DNA of 63,578 nucleotides, filler included, from Octopus bimaculoides (Eukaryota): NCBI RefSeq assembly GCF_001194135.2. It is 6 parts of 5 records of this genome, joined end to end, with 100 filler letters (N's around TTAATTAATTAA, not from the genome) between each part and the next. Parts side by side here need not be neighbours in the genome. Positions count along the whole stretch, not along the records: positions 59,912 to 61,918 come from NW_026357026.1; positions 62,019 to 63,578 come from NC_069004.1; 4 more parts are not named here. The stretch is one strand, 5' to 3'. Made by a program: the position numbers and the translations under genes. Shown here in pieces: positions 61,521-63,578 of this stretch. The stretch's first letter is position 1, and each line of letters starts with the position of its first letter. The notes under the pieces are model-generated. The model was not told the origin of the DNA, ran no database searches, and was given only the letters and a program-made list of their open reading frames with translations.

Positions 61521-63300
61521 TTTATATATATATATATATGTTTTGGGATTCGTTTCAACCATTTATCACTCACATCAATTTTAACTGTGCTACTCCCATT
61601 GCGTCAGCAGTTCACATTTGTCAACATCAAAAATATTTCAGTTCTTGTAATCAATAACAAAACGATTGCCTTTTATAACGTGCGTCTATATGTATGCATG
61701 AATGCATGTATCTATGCATGTATGTATGTATGTATGTATATATGTACGGTAGATAGTATATTTCAGTAGAAATAATATAGAAGAGCATAATAATGTTTTT
61801 GAATCGTTGACACATCTTCATTCATTTGACTTTCATACAATAAATGTACTGTTAAATTGACATCAACGAATATGTCAATGAGAGAAAGAGAGATGTGTTA
61901 CATATGTCTCGGTGTGTGNNNNNNNNNNNNNNNNNNNNNNNNNNNNNNNNNNNNNNNNNNNNTTAATTAATTAANNNNNNNNNNNNNNNNNNNNNNNNNN
62001 NNNNNNNNNNNNNNNNNNCAAAGAAAACCTGTTTTTCGCGCCTGTTGATTGTGGTGTTTTGGAACCGAGAATTCTTAGATTCGGTTTCGAATCTAGGCTT
62101 GGAGAAGGAAGTGTAAATTTTTACAAACGTAATAATTATCTTTCGAACAATGCGTTCGACAGTTTTAGCTGTGTGAGATATGAAAGAAAGAAATCTGTAG
62201 GTCGACTTTGCCTTTTATCGTTTCGGGGTCCATAATATAAGTATCCCTCTCTGAACTTGCTAGCTTTGTACCAAAATTTTAAACCAGCATCATGTTTGTG
62301 CGACGTACGTAGGTACCATTCAAGGGAAATAACTCGATTTCTTTAAAAAAAAAAAAAAGGACGTTACGTCAAGGGAAATAACTAAATTTCTTAAATATTT
62401 TTTAATAAATGCTGTTATCGCACAATTTCTTATTTACGATAGTATTTATATAGTTAATGCCATTATCATTATGACTTCTCAGTGAATCATAGAATCCCTC
62501 ACACTTATTGAATTAAGGATTAGAGACTCACTAAAGCTATACAATAATTGTAGACGAGTAATTACGTATACTAAGCAAATTTTTATTACTGAAACTTATC
62601 CAGAGTTGTCTCCCATGTTGTTCTAAGATTAATGTTTTATTCACTGCGTAAGTCTTTCTAGCAAAAATGTCTGGTGCTTATAGCACTACATCGCAGCTCC
62701 TAGAACATATGGCGCATTACTATACCTACATTTACGTTTGATATTCACAATGAGGGAATCTCTGCAATCATCTTACAATAAATAGCAGTTAAATCTTCCT
62801 GAAATCAAGTGTCTTAGAGGTGACGTACTTTCGGATAACATGGCTGGAAGGTGTTTTGTCATTGGCGTCTGCTTGGCTAGATCTGACCAAAGACGGCCTA
62901 AACACAAACAACTATAAATAAATGATAGTGAGACACAACTCATTAATATGTGTAAAATAACAGTTTTATAGAAAGAACTTTCTGTCTTTGGTTAACTCTG
63001 TTAGTCACAAAATTTGGTCATGTGGTATACAGTAGAGTCTGTTATACGTATCTTTAGCGGGAATATTTAGCAACTGCAAAACTTTGCAATGGAACTCAAT
63101 TCATTATGTCCGATGCAAAAAGAAAAAAAAAGAATTTTAAAAAAAGGTACACGCCCGCGTTTCGCTCAAATATTACTGACGTCATAAAAAAAAGAAATTG
63201 ACCATAAAGACTTCTTTTGGAACCAGATCTAATAATAATTTCATTTTTAGCACGCTTTTCTGACTAGTAGTATCGCTATATATTCAACGCATTTTAGCCA

Positions 63301-63578
63301 CCAGACAGCAGAAAGCAGGTGAGCAGACCGCAGAACGCTGACAGCAGACGACAGAAAGCAGACAACAGACGGCAGAAAGCTGACTGCAAACGGCAGAAAG
63401 CATACAGCAGACGGTAGAAAGCAGACAGCAGATGGCAGAAAGCAGACAGCAGACGGTAGAAAGCAGACAGCAGACGGCAGAAAGGAGACAGCAGACGGTA
63501 GAAAGCAGACAGCAGACTGTAAAAAGCAGACAGCAGACGGCAGAAAGCTGACGGCAGACGACAGAAAGCAGACAGCAG
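63301..63578 (+). repeat. 21-bp minisatellite built from three 7-mers (GCAGACA-GCAGACG-GCAGAAA), running off the window end
   Basis: About 13 imperfect copies of agcagacagcagacggcagaa. Confidence 0.9.

Noticed and set aside
1-63578. CRISPR arrays, rRNA genes, operons
   Set aside because: None seen. The window is eukaryotic intron- and repeat-rich DNA, and its regularly spaced repeats are exon-unit duplications, not repeat-spacer arrays.

Overview
AT-rich, microsatellite- and retroposon-dense animal genomic DNA with many N gaps. The SINE/LINE types and gap style suggest a cephalopod (Octopus-like) assembly; this is inference. One protein-coding gene is well supported, on the + strand from about 14517 to 34337. 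I reconstructed ten coding exons by hand with consistent GT-AG phases. The protein is ankyrin repeats, then an IAP/Mind-bomb-type C3HC4 RING, then five 51-54 nt phase 1-1 mini-exons, then a C-terminal death domain. The 5' end is not resolved. The most unusual element is the mini-exon array. Four of the five mini-exons encode K-x-V-Q-T, a match to the LC8/DYNLL dynein light chain binding motif. All five share splice sites and flanking intron sequence with the first death-domain exon, so they appear to be tandem duplicates of it. An inverted, stop-containing copy of the same exon unit lies at 39031-39111, inside a block of inverted and direct duplications (37.7-41 kb). The rest of the window is degenerate mariner transposons (including a fold-back copy), RTE-clade LINE fragments, Tx1-like and Penelope-like relics, tRNA-derived SINEs, simple repeats and a terminal 21-bp minisatellite. 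Exon coordinates were counted by hand; repeat boundaries are approximate.
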